Positions 1 to 12,085 of a DNA stretch of 64,000 nt are shown one piece after another. The translations under genes and the position numbers were made by a program. Every line of letters starts with the position of its first letter. Position 1 is the stretch's first letter. Under the pieces are notes generated by a model. That model was given only the letters and a program-made list of their open reading frames with translations, did not search any database and was not told the origin of the DNA. Origin of the DNA: Candidatus Methylomirabilota bacterium (lineage in GTDB: Bacteria; Verrucomicrobiota; Verrucomicrobiia; Limisphaerales; SXQI01); the NCBI GenBank assembly GCA_035627835.1, contig DASPKX010000104.1, positions 14,832 through 78,831 on the forward strand, in the 5' to 3' direction.

Positions 1-453
1 GATCAACCCAGCCGCATGCGCGTCGCGCAATGTGGTCTCGAAATACATTCTCACTTGGCGCATGACCTCATCCACTTTGCGCCGCAAACGATCCTCCTGA
101 GTGCTCACTTCGGCTCCCAAAGCACAGAGAGCGCAACCGAGCACACGTCCGTATTGTTCTTTTAATTTGGCCTGCTCTTCAAATTCGAAGTCGCAGCAGC
201 GAGCGAGGCGCTCGAGGGGAGGAGTCGCTGGGGAAAAGATGTGATCAAGCTTCTGCTTATGCTCCTGCCATGCGGCTTCAACAGCGGCTTCGGCAAGTTC
301 AGCCTTGGACTCAAAAAAATGATAAAAACTCCCCTTCTTCACACCCGCTTTATCGCAGATCTGCTCGATGGTGGTGGTGCCGTAGGAGCCGGTGAAAATC
401 AACTCCGACACCGCGTGCATCAAACGTTCTCGAGCATCACTGACGCGTCCCAT
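1..453 (-). CDS. TetR/AcrR-family transcriptional regulator (3' end runs off the window start)
   Basis: Reverse-strand ATG at 453. Translation MGRVSDARERLMHAVSELIFTGSYGTTTIEQICDKAGVKKGSFYHFFESKAEL... carries the typical TetR N-terminal HTH. The frame stays open to position 1, so it is absent from the ORF track (no stop in window). Confidence 0.85.
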   Translation of the reverse strand, partial: MGRVSDARERLMHAVSELIFTGSYGTTTIEQICDKAGVKKGSFYHFFESKAELAEAAVEAAWQEHKQKLDHIFSPATPPLERLARCCDFEFEEQAKLKEQYGRVLGCALCALGAEVSTQEDRLRRKVDEVMRQVRMYFETTLRDAHAAGLI

Positions 454-472
454 CAGGGAAGGTATGCCTATT

Positions 473-490
473 GTTGACTAAGCGGTCAAC
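473..490. promoter_or_regulatory. Candidate TetR operator: perfect inverted repeat GTTGAC-N6-GTCAAC
   Basis: GTTGACTAAGCGGTCAAC lies about 20 bp upstream of the TetR start codon, in the divergent intergenic region. TetR regulators commonly autoregulate through palindromes in this position. Confidence 0.3.
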
Positions 491-658
491 TATTATTTGC
501 ACCTGAAACTTGAACTTGGGATATGAACAGAAAATCGACGGGGATTTGATCGCCCAGCAGGCTTGCCCCATCCGGGCGATTTTGGCTAGAGTGTGGGCTC
601 AGCTGTAAACCAAGGGACACTGCTTTTTCCAGCAGGCGTTCTCACCATTCGGACTACT

Positions 659-3112
659 ATGACGAAAACGATTCGTCGCCTGATGGCGACTATCCTCGCA
701 CTGGCTGCGCTGGCGATGCCAAGCAACGCAGATGAACTTCGAAAACTATGGCAGGTCGCTCCAGGCGACATTACGTGGCTCACGACAGGAGCAACGGAAC
801 GAGGCCTTGCTTATAATCCAACGACCGGCCACGTGCTGGTTGTCAGCCGCGCCGGGGGCAATAATGTTTGGATCCTTGATGGTGAAACTGGAGCTGAACT
901 CGGCCAGCTTTCCATGGGTGAAGGGCTACTCAGCGGAAACCTTTTCCCCATCAATATGATCGGCGTCGCCGATGACGGCGCTATCTACGCGGCAAACCTT
1001 GCTCAACAGTCCGGCACACCGGCCGTCCCGCCTGTATTCAAAATCTATCGCTGGGAAAATGAGAACGCCACCCCGACCATCGCTTATGAAGGAGATCCAG
1101 CGAACGGTGAAAGCAACCAGCGTTGGGGTGACAGCCTTGACGTTCGCGGGGCTGGAGTGAACACGGAAATCATCATTGGGGCTCGCAACTCGGCATCAGC
1201 AGCTCTCTTCCGCACGACGAACGGCACAGACTTCACCTCCACTCACATTCGAAACGCGGGCAATGGCTCCGGCACGCTCGGAATTGCATTTGGCGAAGGA
1301 AATCGGGTGTGGCTCCGCTTGAATGGCCAACCTATCCGCCATGTCTCCTACGATCTCACTACTCGCAATGCGACGCTGCTCAACTCGTTCAGCAGTTTTC
1401 CAACAGGGATGGCGCCTATCGGTGTGAACCCCACGACGAAACAGCTCGCCGGGATTGTGATTGCAACGCCGGACACGTTAAACCTGTACGATCTTGGAGA
1501 TCTGAATTTAGGGCCGATCTTCATTGATTCGGAGCAATTCCCTGCGGACAACGCGAATGGGAACAACGTGGGCGCGATCGATTTCAGCACGAACAAAGTT
1601 TTCGCACTGAATACCGGGAATGGCATCGTCGGGTTTGAAATCGTTAAAACCACAGTTCCAGCAACGATCGTCACTCAGCCGGGGAATGTGACTGCGTTGG
1701 AAGGCGCCTCCATTTCGCTGACGGTCACGGCGTCAGGTTCATTGCCATTAACATTTCAGTGGGCGTTTGAAGGGACGCCGATCAGCGGAGCAACGGGCAC
1801 AACCCTGAACCTGACGAACCTGCAGGCATCGACGGCGGGAAATTACACCGTCACGGTCACCAACCCAGGAGGCAGCGTCACCAGCAGCAACGCAGTGGTG
1901 ACAGTAAACCCGCTCGTTCGCTCGGACATCCTGACGAAGGCCTGGCAAATTGCTCCGGGGGATGTTTCTTATGTGAACACCGACAGCACCCAACGCGGTC
2001 TGGCTTACAACCCGGTCACTGGGAATGTGCTGCTGGTCACCCGCACGGGTGGGAACAAGATCATCGTTTTGAATGGCAACACGGGAGCATCGAATCGCAG
2101 CCTCACTATCGATCCCGCAATTGTGACGGGCGGCACATTTGCAATCAACATGGTGGACGTTGCGGCTGATGGGGCGGTTTACGTGGCGAACCTGAACACA
2201 GATGTTGCGGCAGCGGGACAGTTGGCGATCTATCGGTGGGAAAACGATTCTGAAGCGGCTGCACCGGTCACGGTGTATGCAGGCAACCCTGTCGCGGACA
2301 TGGACAATGTGCAGAATCGGCGGTTCGGCGACACGCTCGATGTTCGTGGAGCGGGCGCGGACACACAGATTTTGATGTCGGGTCGCAACGGCACGAACCT
2401 GCTCGTCTTCACGACTGTTGGCGGTGATCCAAAAACGCTTGCTCCGACACAGATTGTGGTGACCAACGTGCCTGCGGGCGCATTTGGGCTTGGCGCTGCA
2501 TTCGGCGAGGGCAACACCATTTGGGCCAAGACGACCAGCGGCACGCTTCGCAAGATCACCTTCCCCGACCTAGCTAACCTTCAGGATCAACGAGTTGAGC
2601 TTGGGGCGGAAACCATTGCGGGCGCCGCAGTGGCAACGACAATCGGGCCGATTGGCTACGATTCCACCAACAAGTTCCTGGCAGGCGTCGCTATTGAGAA
2701 TCCTGACAACCTGCGGCTCTACAACCTGGCCGACACAAATAACATCACCATGGTGGATCAAGAGTTGTTCCCAACAGACAATGCGAACATTAATGGGACT
2801 GGCGCCATCGCGTTCGGAGGCGGGCGTGTTTACGTGTTAAACTCAAACAATGGGATCGTCGCGTTCAACTTTAATCCGAATGCGACACCGCAACCTGCGC
2901 GCGCTCGTCTGGCCGCTGGCGCTCTCAGCGGCTCCAGCTTCACGTTGAACGTGACTGGCACGCCCAACGCGCGTTACCGCGTGGAATCGACCACTAACTT
3001 CTCGCAATGGGAGCCAGTCACCGAAGTGACGATTGATGCTGATGGCACGGTGACAGCAACGGATGCCAACGCGACAGCTCAGCGGCGTTTTTATCGTGCG
3101 GTGGCTCTCTAA
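659..3112 (+). CDS. Large secreted protein: signal peptide, two tandem ~300-aa homologous modules separated by an Ig-like domain, and a C-terminal ~80-aa domain
   Basis: ORF 593..3112. The likely start is ATG 659 (MTKTIRRLMATILALAALAMPSNA looks like a signal peptide). Module 1 (WQVAPGDITWLTTGATERGLAYNPTTGHVLVVSRAGGN...YRWENE...GDSLDVRGAG...FGEGN...FPADNANGN) recurs as module 2 (WQIAPGDVSYVNTDSTQRGLAYNPVTGNVLLVTRTGGN...YRWEND...GDTLDVRGAG...FGEGN...FPTDNANIN). The middle segment PATIVTQPGNVTALEGASISLTVTASG...AGNYTVTVTNPGGSVTS is Ig I-set-like. Confidence 0.85.
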   Translation: MTKTIRRLMATILALAALAMPSNADELRKLWQVAPGDITWLTTGATERGLAYNPTTGHVLVVSRAGGNNVWILDGETGAELGQLSMGEGLLSGNLFPINMIGVADDGAIYAANLAQQSGTPAVPPVFKIYRWENENATPTIAYEGDPANGESNQRWGDSLDVRGAGVNTEIIIGARNSASAALFRTTNGTDFTSTHIRNAGNGSGTLGIAFGEGNRVWLRLNGQPIRHVSYDLTTRNATLLNSFSSFPTGMAPIGVNPTTKQLAGIVIATPDTLNLYDLGDLNLGPIFIDSEQFPADNANGNNVGAIDFSTNKVFALNTGNGIVGFEIVKTTVPATIVTQPGNVTALEGASISLTVTASGSLPLTFQWAFEGTPISGATGTTLNLTNLQASTAGNYTVTVTNPGGSVTSSNAVVTVNPLVRSDILTKAWQIAPGDVSYVNTDSTQRGLAYNPVTGNVLLVTRTGGNKIIVLNGNTGASNRSLTIDPAIVTGGTFAINMVDVAADGAVYVANLNTDVAAAGQLAIYRWENDSEAAAPVTVYAGNPVADMDNVQNRRFGDTLDVRGAGADTQILMSGRNGTNLLVFTTVGGDPKTLAPTQIVVTNVPAGAFGLGAAFGEGNTIWAKTTSGTLRKITFPDLANLQDQRVELGAETIAGAAVATTIGPIGYDSTNKFLAGVAIENPDNLRLYNLADTNNITMVDQELFPTDNANINGTGAIAFGGGRVYVLNSNNGIVAFNFNPNATPQPARARLAAGALSGSSFTLNVTGTPNARYRVESTTNFSQWEPVTEVTIDADGTVTATDANATAQRRFYRAVAL

Positions 3113-3141
3113 AAGAGCAACGAGCTAGTAATCACGAGGGA

Positions 3142-3172
3142 GGGCCCGCGTAGGGCGGGCCCCTTTGCTTTT
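3142..3172 (+). terminator. Rho-independent terminator after the secreted-protein gene
   Basis: GGGCCCGC / GCGGGCCC stem with a 5-nt loop, followed by CTTTGCTTTT. Confidence 0.6.
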
Positions 3173-3177
3173 AGCGC

Positions 3178-3987
3178 ATGCGAGTCCGATTCGGAACTAG
3201 GTCGAGAGAACCCGGGTTCACCTTAATCGAACTCCTGGTGGTGATTGCAATAATTGCAGTCCTCGCCAGCATGCTGCTGCCTGCGCTCAGCCGGGCCAAA
3301 GGAAAGGCGCAAGCAACCACGTGCATGAACAACCTCAAGCAGCTAACGCTCTGTTGGATCATGTATGCGGACGACAATGATGACCGCCTTGCGCTAAATG
3401 AGGTCACTGGAGCAACCGGTGAAAGCGCCAGCCCTGATTCCTGGATTGTTGGAAATGCAAGGGAAGACCGCGACACGAAGAACATCGAAAACGGCGCGTT
3501 ATACAAATACAACCGGTCAGCGAAAATTTACCGGTGCCCGACAGATCGTTCCACCGTGCTGCGATTCAAAAACCTCCTGCGCACACGCAGTTACGCCATG
3601 AGCACAGGTGTCGGGCATGATAACCCCAAGTTCCTGAAAAAGGTTTATCGCTTCTCACAACTCACCGATCCAGCGCCATCGCAAGCATCGGTTTTTCTGG
3701 ATGAGGATGCGAACAGCATTCAAAACGGGGCGCTGGGAATTGAGCCGCTGCACACAAAGGTGTATGCGCACTGGAATTTAGTCGCCAATCGCCACAACAA
3801 CTCGGGCACACTGACCTTTGCGGATGGGCATGCGGAAATTTGGAAGTGGCTGGACCGATACATTCCAGAGGGGTCGAAGACCCTGGCTGAACGCGCCGCG
3901 GCGAACCCGAGCAACAGTGATGTGACAGTCCCGAGCGCAGCAAGCGACCGTGACTTGGCCCGCTTGCAGAAGACAGTTCCGTTTTGA
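3178..3987 (+). CDS. Prepilin-type N-terminal cleavage/methylation domain protein, H-X9-DG (DUF1559-like) family
   Basis: N-terminus [25 protein letters not shown] is a type IV pilin-like leader plus hydrophobic helix. C-terminus [13 protein letters not shown] fits H-X9-DG exactly. Confidence 0.85.
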   Translation: MRVRFGTRSREPGFTLIELLVVIAIIAVLASMLLPALSRAKGKAQATTCMNNLKQLTLCWIMYADDNDDRLALNEVTGATGESASPDSWIVGNAREDRDTKNIENGALYKYNRSAKIYRCPTDRSTVLRFKNLLRTRSYAMSTGVGHDNPKFLKKVYRFSQLTDPAPSQASVFLDEDANSIQNGALGIEPLHTKVYAHWNLVANRHNNSGTLTFADGHAEIWKWLDRYIPEGSKTLAERAAANPSNSDVTVPSAASDRDLARLQKTVPF

Positions 3988-3989
3988 AC

Positions 3990-5066
3990 TTAGCGCCGGA
4001 ACCAACCACGAACCGCCGCGGCTGGTTTTGGTGTGTTCTGCTCCCGGAGTTGGCTGATGAGCAGTTGGCTACGAGCAGCGGTCAAGGCCATGATGAACTC
4101 ATCGTAGCTCTGGTAACGCTCCTCCGGGGTCTTGGCCATGGCGCGACTTAACGCATCGCTGGTTGCGTGCGTAATGTCTGGAGCCACGTGATTGGGCGGT
4201 GTTAACGGCGTGTGAATGTGCGCAGCGACTACAGCTTCGACACTCGGCGCTTCAAACGGAACATGGCCCGTGAGGGCGTGGTAAAGAGTCCCCGCGAGGC
4301 TGTACATGTCAGAGAGGAAATCTTCGCGCTCACGCTTCACTTTTTCGGGAGCGATATAATAAGGCGTGCCCCACACGGAGCCGTCAGCCTCCTCCGTGTT
4401 CTCCGCTTTTTTAGCGAGCCCGAAGTCGATCAGTTTCGGCTCGTTCTCGTCGTTGAAGAGAATGTTGCCTGGCTTGATGTCACGATGGAGCAACCCACGC
4501 TTGAGGGCTGAATCGAGAGCGGAGGCTATCTTAATGCCGACATCCAGAACATCCAGTTCGTGGACCCGGCCATTCTTCTCAATGCGGCTGTCGAGGCTGC
4601 CGTTGTCGGCAACTTCCATGGCCAGATAAAGCTGCCCGTCAAAGTCATCGAAGGTGTAGATATGAATGATGTTGCTGTGATTCAACGAGGCGCACGCGCG
4701 GGCTTCCCGGTAGAATTGCTCCAGCGCGAGCGGATCTTCCGCCAACTCGCGCTTCATCAGCTTAACGGCGACTTCCCGCTCGAGCATTACGTCGAAGGAC
4801 CGGTAAACGGTTCCCATGCCCCCGGAGGCAATGGGTGTGCGCAGCTCGAACTGCCGGAGCTGCATGGGCATCATTACGGGCGTCTCACACTTGGTGCACG
4901 GAACTGTGCTCAAAGGCGCGAGGTCGCCTGGGATGAAGAGTTTGCCTCCACATCCGCGGCAGGTGACCATTTTGAGCGACTTGCGTTCTTCCATTGGCGT
5001 CAGCAAAGCGAGCAGAGTAAATACCTGCCACTGTTCCGACAAGAAGCAAGCGGCTCCCGTGCTCAA
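3990..5066 (-). CDS. Hanks-type Ser/Thr protein kinase with an N-terminal CxxC...CxxC zinc-ribbon
   Basis: Motifs HRDIKPGNILF, DFGLAK and GTPYYIAPE. The N-terminus has CRGCGG...CTKCETP. The start may instead be the internal MEERKS (4994). Confidence 0.9.
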   Translation of the reverse strand: MSTGAACFLSEQWQVFTLLALLTPMEERKSLKMVTCRGCGGKLFIPGDLAPLSTVPCTKCETPVMMPMQLRQFELRTPIASGGMGTVYRSFDVMLEREVAVKLMKRELAEDPLALEQFYREARACASLNHSNIIHIYTFDDFDGQLYLAMEVADNGSLDSRIEKNGRVHELDVLDVGIKIASALDSALKRGLLHRDIKPGNILFNDENEPKLIDFGLAKKAENTEEADGSVWGTPYYIAPEKVKREREDFLSDMYSLAGTLYHALTGHVPFEAPSVEAVVAAHIHTPLTPPNHVAPDITHATSDALSRAMAKTPEERYQSYDEFIMALTAARSQLLISQLREQNTPKPAAAVRGWFRR

Positions 5067-5218
5067 CGGGCTAAAAAGTGCGCTGTTTGAGCAATCCTCG
5101 CGCAGTTGTGTCTCACCAGATAACGCACGCTGAGGGTGTCGGAGCAGCGTTTGAAACTTTTTTCAGACCGCTTAGGATTCAGTTAAAGACAAGGTTTTAA
5201 CATCGGAATTGAAGGGGT

Positions 5219-7852
<2,634 letters not shown>

Positions 7853-7858
7853 CGTGGT

Positions 7859-9139
7859 TTAGATCAGCTTTGTCACGCCGGGGATCCCGATTTCGGACTT
7901 GGGTGGGGTGGCGTCCCAGGTGTAGGCGGAGGGGCTCAGGTCTTCTTTGGAATTCATCGCTTGATCCCAGGTTACTTTCTGGCCCGTGTAGGTGGCCATG
8001 CGGCCCATGATGGCCATGAGCGTGCTTTTGGCCATGTAGTTGCCGTTGTTAATAGCTCGACCGTTGCGGATGCTGGCCAGGAGTTCTTCGTGCTCAGTGA
8101 CGAAGGGGTCGTTGGGTTTGCCGGTGAAGCGCCAGTCTGTGGCGCCTTTGATTTCGAACGCGCGTGAGCTAATGAGCGCGCGGCCTTTGGAGCCAATCAC
8201 CTGGGTGGAGATGTCGTTGGCGGTTCCGGCTTGCTGGCGGCAGGTGGCGAAGAGTTTCACGCCAGTGGCATATTCGTAGGTGACGGCATGGTGATCGTAG
8301 ATGTTGCCGTATTCAGGGCCAGTGCGGACGGCGCGGCCCCCTACCCCAATTGCGCTCACTGGATATTCGTCGCGCATCACCCATGAGCAGGTGTCGAGCA
8401 TGTGAACATGCTGCTCGACGTTGAAGTCGCCGGAGAGCCAGGTGAAGTAATACCAGTTCTGCAGATGGTATTCCATGTCGGTCCAGCCGGGCTGGCGGGG
8501 CTTGACCCAGATGGGACCGCGGAAGTCATTCGCTTGAAGGGCAAGTAGTTCGCCAAGCGCGCCTTGGTGAATACGGCTGATGGTTTCACGAAAGCCGTTG
8601 GAATAGCGCAGCGCGAGGCCGGAGACGACGCTGAGGTTTCTGCGTTTGGCTTGCTCGCATGAGGCGAGCACCGACCGAACGCCCTGCGCATCGACGGCCA
8701 CAGGTTTCTCGGCAAAGACGTGTTTACCTGCTGCGATCGCAGCTTTTATGTGCATTGGCCGGAAATGGGGCGGCGTGGCGAGAATGACAACGTCCACGCC
8801 CGAGGCAATGACCTGGTTGTAGGAATCGAACCCGATGAAGCGGCGGTCCTCCGGCACATCGAGGTGCGGAGCGATCTTCTCCTGGGCTTTTAGTGTTTGC
8901 AGGCTGCTTTGGAGACGATCGCTGAACACATCGGCCATGGCGACTAGACGCACGTTCGAATCGGCGGTGAGCGCTTGGGCGGCGGCGCCTGTGCCGCGGC
9001 CGCCGCAACCGACGAGCCCGAGGCGGAGTGTGGCGCTGGGCTGCGCGGCCTGCGTGTGCGTTGAGATGAACGGAGCAGCAAGGGCGACGGAACTGGTGGT
9101 GTGCAGAAACTGGCGCCGGCTAAGTGAAGTCGCTTTCAT
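7859..9139 (-). CDS. Gfo/Idh/MocA-family oxidoreductase with a twin-arginine signal
   Basis: MKATSLSRRQFLHTTSSVALAAPF (Tat-like), then LGLVGCGGRGTGAA Rossmann motif and the EKP motif (FAEKPVA). Start set at the internal ATG 9139 of ORF 7859..9238. Confidence 0.88.
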   Translation of the reverse strand: MKATSLSRRQFLHTTSSVALAAPFISTHTQAAQPSATLRLGLVGCGGRGTGAAAQALTADSNVRLVAMADVFSDRLQSSLQTLKAQEKIAPHLDVPEDRRFIGFDSYNQVIASGVDVVILATPPHFRPMHIKAAIAAGKHVFAEKPVAVDAQGVRSVLASCEQAKRRNLSVVSGLALRYSNGFRETISRIHQGALGELLALQANDFRGPIWVKPRQPGWTDMEYHLQNWYYFTWLSGDFNVEQHVHMLDTCSWVMRDEYPVSAIGVGGRAVRTGPEYGNIYDHHAVTYEYATGVKLFATCRQQAGTANDISTQVIGSKGRALISSRAFEIKGATDWRFTGKPNDPFVTEHEELLASIRNGRAINNGNYMAKSTLMAIMGRMATYTGQKVTWDQAMNSKEDLSPSAYTWDATPPKSEIGIPGVTKLI

Positions 9140-9267
9140 AGGGGACGTTGGACCATAACCACGGAGACACACTGGTTCAAGCAAACCAGTTTCAGAATGG
9201 ACCAAACGGTTGGAGGATCGCCGCCCAGTCTTTCCCACGTTGTGCGGGGAGGACTTGACGCTACCTT

Positions 9268-9296
9268 AAGCAAAATGGGAGGGCCGGAGCCCTCCC
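9268..9296 (-). terminator. Terminator-like hairpin in the leader region upstream of the 7859..9139 gene
   Basis: On the minus strand, GGGAGGGC-tccg-GCCCTCCC followed by ATTTTGCTT. No annotated minus-strand gene lies upstream of it. Confidence 0.4.
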
Positions 9297-9571
9297 TCGT
9301 GCAACTTAGGTTAACGCAGCAAATTTACTGGGCGACGATGCGGAAAAAGCGTGGGTTTCCGATGATTCTGGCAACAATCCGACCATTATACTCCAGGGCA
9401 CGCACAGCATGACGGAAAACGAAGGATCCGAGCTTTACCTGCCACGCAGCCCCACATTCGCACGCGGCTGCGGATACGCTTAGGAGAATTGATGCAGAGG
9501 GTTTTGCAGCAATCTCCTTGACCTTCGCGTTGCGGCGTCAATAAGGTCTTGCCTGATCATAGGCGCCGTTC

Positions 9572-10600
9572 ATGTTTGGACAAGTTAAAGGCCTATTCTC
9601 CCACGATATTGGGATTGATTTAGGCACCGCTAATTGCCTGGTTTTCGTCCGGGACAGAGGCATTGTGCTCAGGGAGCCCTCAGTGGTCGCGATCCAGGCC
9701 GGAACGACACACGTTCTTGCTGTCGGCGAGGAGGCCAAACGGATGCTCGGCCGCACCCCTGGCAACATCGTGGCCATTCGGCCGATGAAGGACGGCGTCA
9801 TTGCCGATTTCGAAATCACCGAAGCGATGCTTCGGCACTTCATCCAAAAGGTTCGCTACCGCAAGCTGATCACCCCACGTGTCGTGGTCGCAGTTCCTTC
9901 GGGAATTACTGAAGTCGAGCGGCGCGCGGTCAAGGATTCCGCCATGCACGCCGGGGCGCGGGAAGTTTACCTGATTGAGCAGCCGATGGCGTCAGCGATC
10001 GGGGTGGGCCTCCCAGTGCATGAGCCAGCGGGCAACATGATCGTGGATATCGGCGGTGGGACGTGCGAAATCGCGATCATTTCACTCGCGGGCATTGTGT
10101 TCAGCCGAAGCTTGCGCGTGGGCGGCGATGAGTTCGACGAGACGATCGTGGCGCACATGAAGCGGGCGCATAACCTAATGATCGGTGAGCGCACTGCGGA
10201 AGAGATCAAGATCCGGATTGGATCGGCTTACCCTCTGGAGCAGGAATTATCGATGGAGGTCAAAGGTCGTGATTTGTCGGCTGGGTTGCCGAAGACGATC
10301 ACAGTGACGTCGCAGGAGGTGCGGGACGCGCTGAAGGAGCCGTTGGCCAGCATTCTGGAATCGATTCGCATCACTTTGGAACGGTGCCCACCCGAACTTT
10401 CAGCGGACCTGGTGGATCGAGGGATCATGATGGCAGGCGGTGGCGCTTTGCTGCGCGGGATCGACCGCATGGTCGCGGATGAAACCGGGTTGCCGGTGCA
10501 TATCGCCGATGATCCGCTGACAGCGGTGGCGCAAGGCACCGGGCGAGTTTTGCAGGAGCTTCAGTTCTTAAAGATGGTCGCTTCCTCGAACCGCACGTAA
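9572..10600 (+). CDS. mreB: Rod shape-determining protein MreB
   Basis: 342 aa, actin-like: [26 protein letters not shown], and [15 protein letters not shown]. Confidence 0.97.
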   Translation: MFGQVKGLFSHDIGIDLGTANCLVFVRDRGIVLREPSVVAIQAGTTHVLAVGEEAKRMLGRTPGNIVAIRPMKDGVIADFEITEAMLRHFIQKVRYRKLITPRVVVAVPSGITEVERRAVKDSAMHAGAREVYLIEQPMASAIGVGLPVHEPAGNMIVDIGGGTCEIAIISLAGIVFSRSLRVGGDEFDETIVAHMKRAHNLMIGERTAEEIKIRIGSAYPLEQELSMEVKGRDLSAGLPKTITVTSQEVRDALKEPLASILESIRITLERCPPELSADLVDRGIMMAGGGALLRGIDRMVADETGLPVHIADDPLTAVAQGTGRVLQELQFLKMVASSNRT

Positions 10601-10620
10601 GCCGCATGGATTGTTGATCG

Positions 10621-11427
10621 ATGTTACAACGCGCGCATTTAGCGGCCTTTTTATTAGTGGCCGCGGTGACGGTGGTTCTGCTGAACCTTCCGGAGCGGAC
10701 AACTTCGCGCTCGAAGCTGGCGCTGAGCAGCTTGTTTCTACCCCTTTTCGGCCTCGCCGGCTCAGCCCAGCACCTGGGAGACCGCGCCTTCAGCGGGCTC
10801 AGCTCACGCAAGCAACTCCAGGCGGAGGTGGAGCGTTTGCGTTCCGAGAATGAGCGTCTGCGCATCCTTGCGCTTCAAAATGAGCAGTTGCTGCGTGAAA
10901 ACGGCCAACTACGCGGCGCGCTCGGCTGGAGACAGCAAACCACCTGGAACCTTCGCTTGGCGCAGGTGAGTTTTCGCGACCCTGCCAATTGGTTTCGCAC
11001 GATTCAGATCGATGCCGGCTCGGCTCAGGGAGTTCGCACGAACGCAGCCGTCCTTACGCCCGAAGGGTTGGTCGGGCGAGTGGACGAAGTGGGTGAGCAT
11101 CGGTCGCGAGTGGCGCTCATTGGGGATCCGCAATGCAAAGTGGCGGTGGTGATTCGCGAGACGGGTGACACCGGGGCGATTGCGGAAGCGGCCATGGATT
11201 CAATCGATGAAGGGATTGTGCAGGTCCAGTATCTGCATCGCCACGCGCAGATCCGGCCAGGGCAAGCTGTTTACACGAGCGGTTTAGGAGGCATATTCCC
11301 GCGCGGAATCCTGGTCGGGACCGTGGTGGATGTGAGAAGCGTTGATTTCGGCCTTTCCCAGGAAGCGCGCATTAAATTGGCGGCGAGCTTTCGGCATCTC
11401 GACAATGTTTGGGTGCTAAATCCGTAG
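10621..11427 (+). CDS. mreC: Rod shape-determining protein MreC
   Basis: Sits directly after mreB. N-terminal TM segment, coiled coil (LQAEVERLRSENERLR), and a beta-rich C-terminal domain (GLVGRV...GGIFPRGILVG). Confidence 0.85.
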   Translation: MLQRAHLAAFLLVAAVTVVLLNLPERTTSRSKLALSSLFLPLFGLAGSAQHLGDRAFSGLSSRKQLQAEVERLRSENERLRILALQNEQLLRENGQLRGALGWRQQTTWNLRLAQVSFRDPANWFRTIQIDAGSAQGVRTNAAVLTPEGLVGRVDEVGEHRSRVALIGDPQCKVAVVIRETGDTGAIAEAAMDSIDEGIVQVQYLHRHAQIRPGQAVYTSGLGGIFPRGILVGTVVDVRSVDFGLSQEARIKLAASFRHLDNVWVLNP

Positions 11428-11517
11428 CAAAGAAGTGAACGCAGCAGCGAAAGTAAAGTGGGTCGCAGCCGCTGAAAAGCGGCAGGGCTCCCCTTTGCTT
11501 AGCCCAAGGAGGCTCTC

Positions 11518-12075
11518 GTGAATCCCCGCACAGTGAAGCATGCGGGCCTTGCCCTGGCGATTTATCTGGCTGTGTTCCTGGTGGCGTACTTGGAATTTCC
11601 GAGACGGTGGCTCGGAGCAAGTGTTGATTTGCTCCCGGCTCTGTTCGTGTATGTCGGAACAAGCTGTGGTCTGGCAGCCACGGCTGGTTTGGCGATTTTG
11701 GGCGGGGTTTTGCATGATTCGCTTTCTGCAAACCCGCTGGGGGTTAGTATTCTTCCGTTATTTTTAGTGGGCGCGGCTGTCTGGTCGAACAAGCACAATC
11801 TCCTGAACGAACAAAGGTTCGCGCAGGTGTCACTGGGCCTGATCGCATCGGCAGCGGCGCCATTGATCAGTTTGTTTTTACTTTATGTGCTCGGGGCGCA
11901 ACCGCTCATTGGCTGGATAAGCCTATGGCAGTGGTTGGCAATGGCCCTGGCCGGGGCGCTGATGGCGCCCGTGTGGTTCGGTGTGTTCCACCGATTAGAC
12001 CGCGCTCTCTTCTATCCTGCTGCTTCTGAAAGCGGATTTCGACCAGACAGGGAATTAGACAGAGGGCGCTCATGA
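11518..12075 (+). CDS. mreD: Rod shape-determining protein MreD (polytopic membrane protein)
   Basis: GTG start preceded by AAGGAGG. About 5 hydrophobic helices. Its position between mreC and mrdA supports the call. Confidence 0.72.
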   Translation: MNPRTVKHAGLALAIYLAVFLVAYLEFPRRWLGASVDLLPALFVYVGTSCGLAATAGLAILGGVLHDSLSANPLGVSILPLFLVGAAVWSNKHNLLNEQRFAQVSLGLIASAAAPLISLFLLYVLGAQPLIGWISLWQWLAMALAGALMAPVWFGVFHRLDRALFYPAASESGFRPDRELDRGRS

Positions 12076-12085
12076 TTGAGCGCTG

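Noticed and set aside
241-477. 78-aa plus-strand ORF at the window start.
   Set aside because: It is antisense to the clear TetR-family coding frame (1..453, minus strand) and has no motif.
5140-5218. TTTGAAA upstream of clpB considered as a sigma-32 heat-shock promoter, plus a search for a CIRCE element.
   Set aside because: No CCCCAT-like -10 element lies at the correct 13-15 nt spacing, and there is no TTAGCACTC-N9-GAGTGCTAA inverted repeat.
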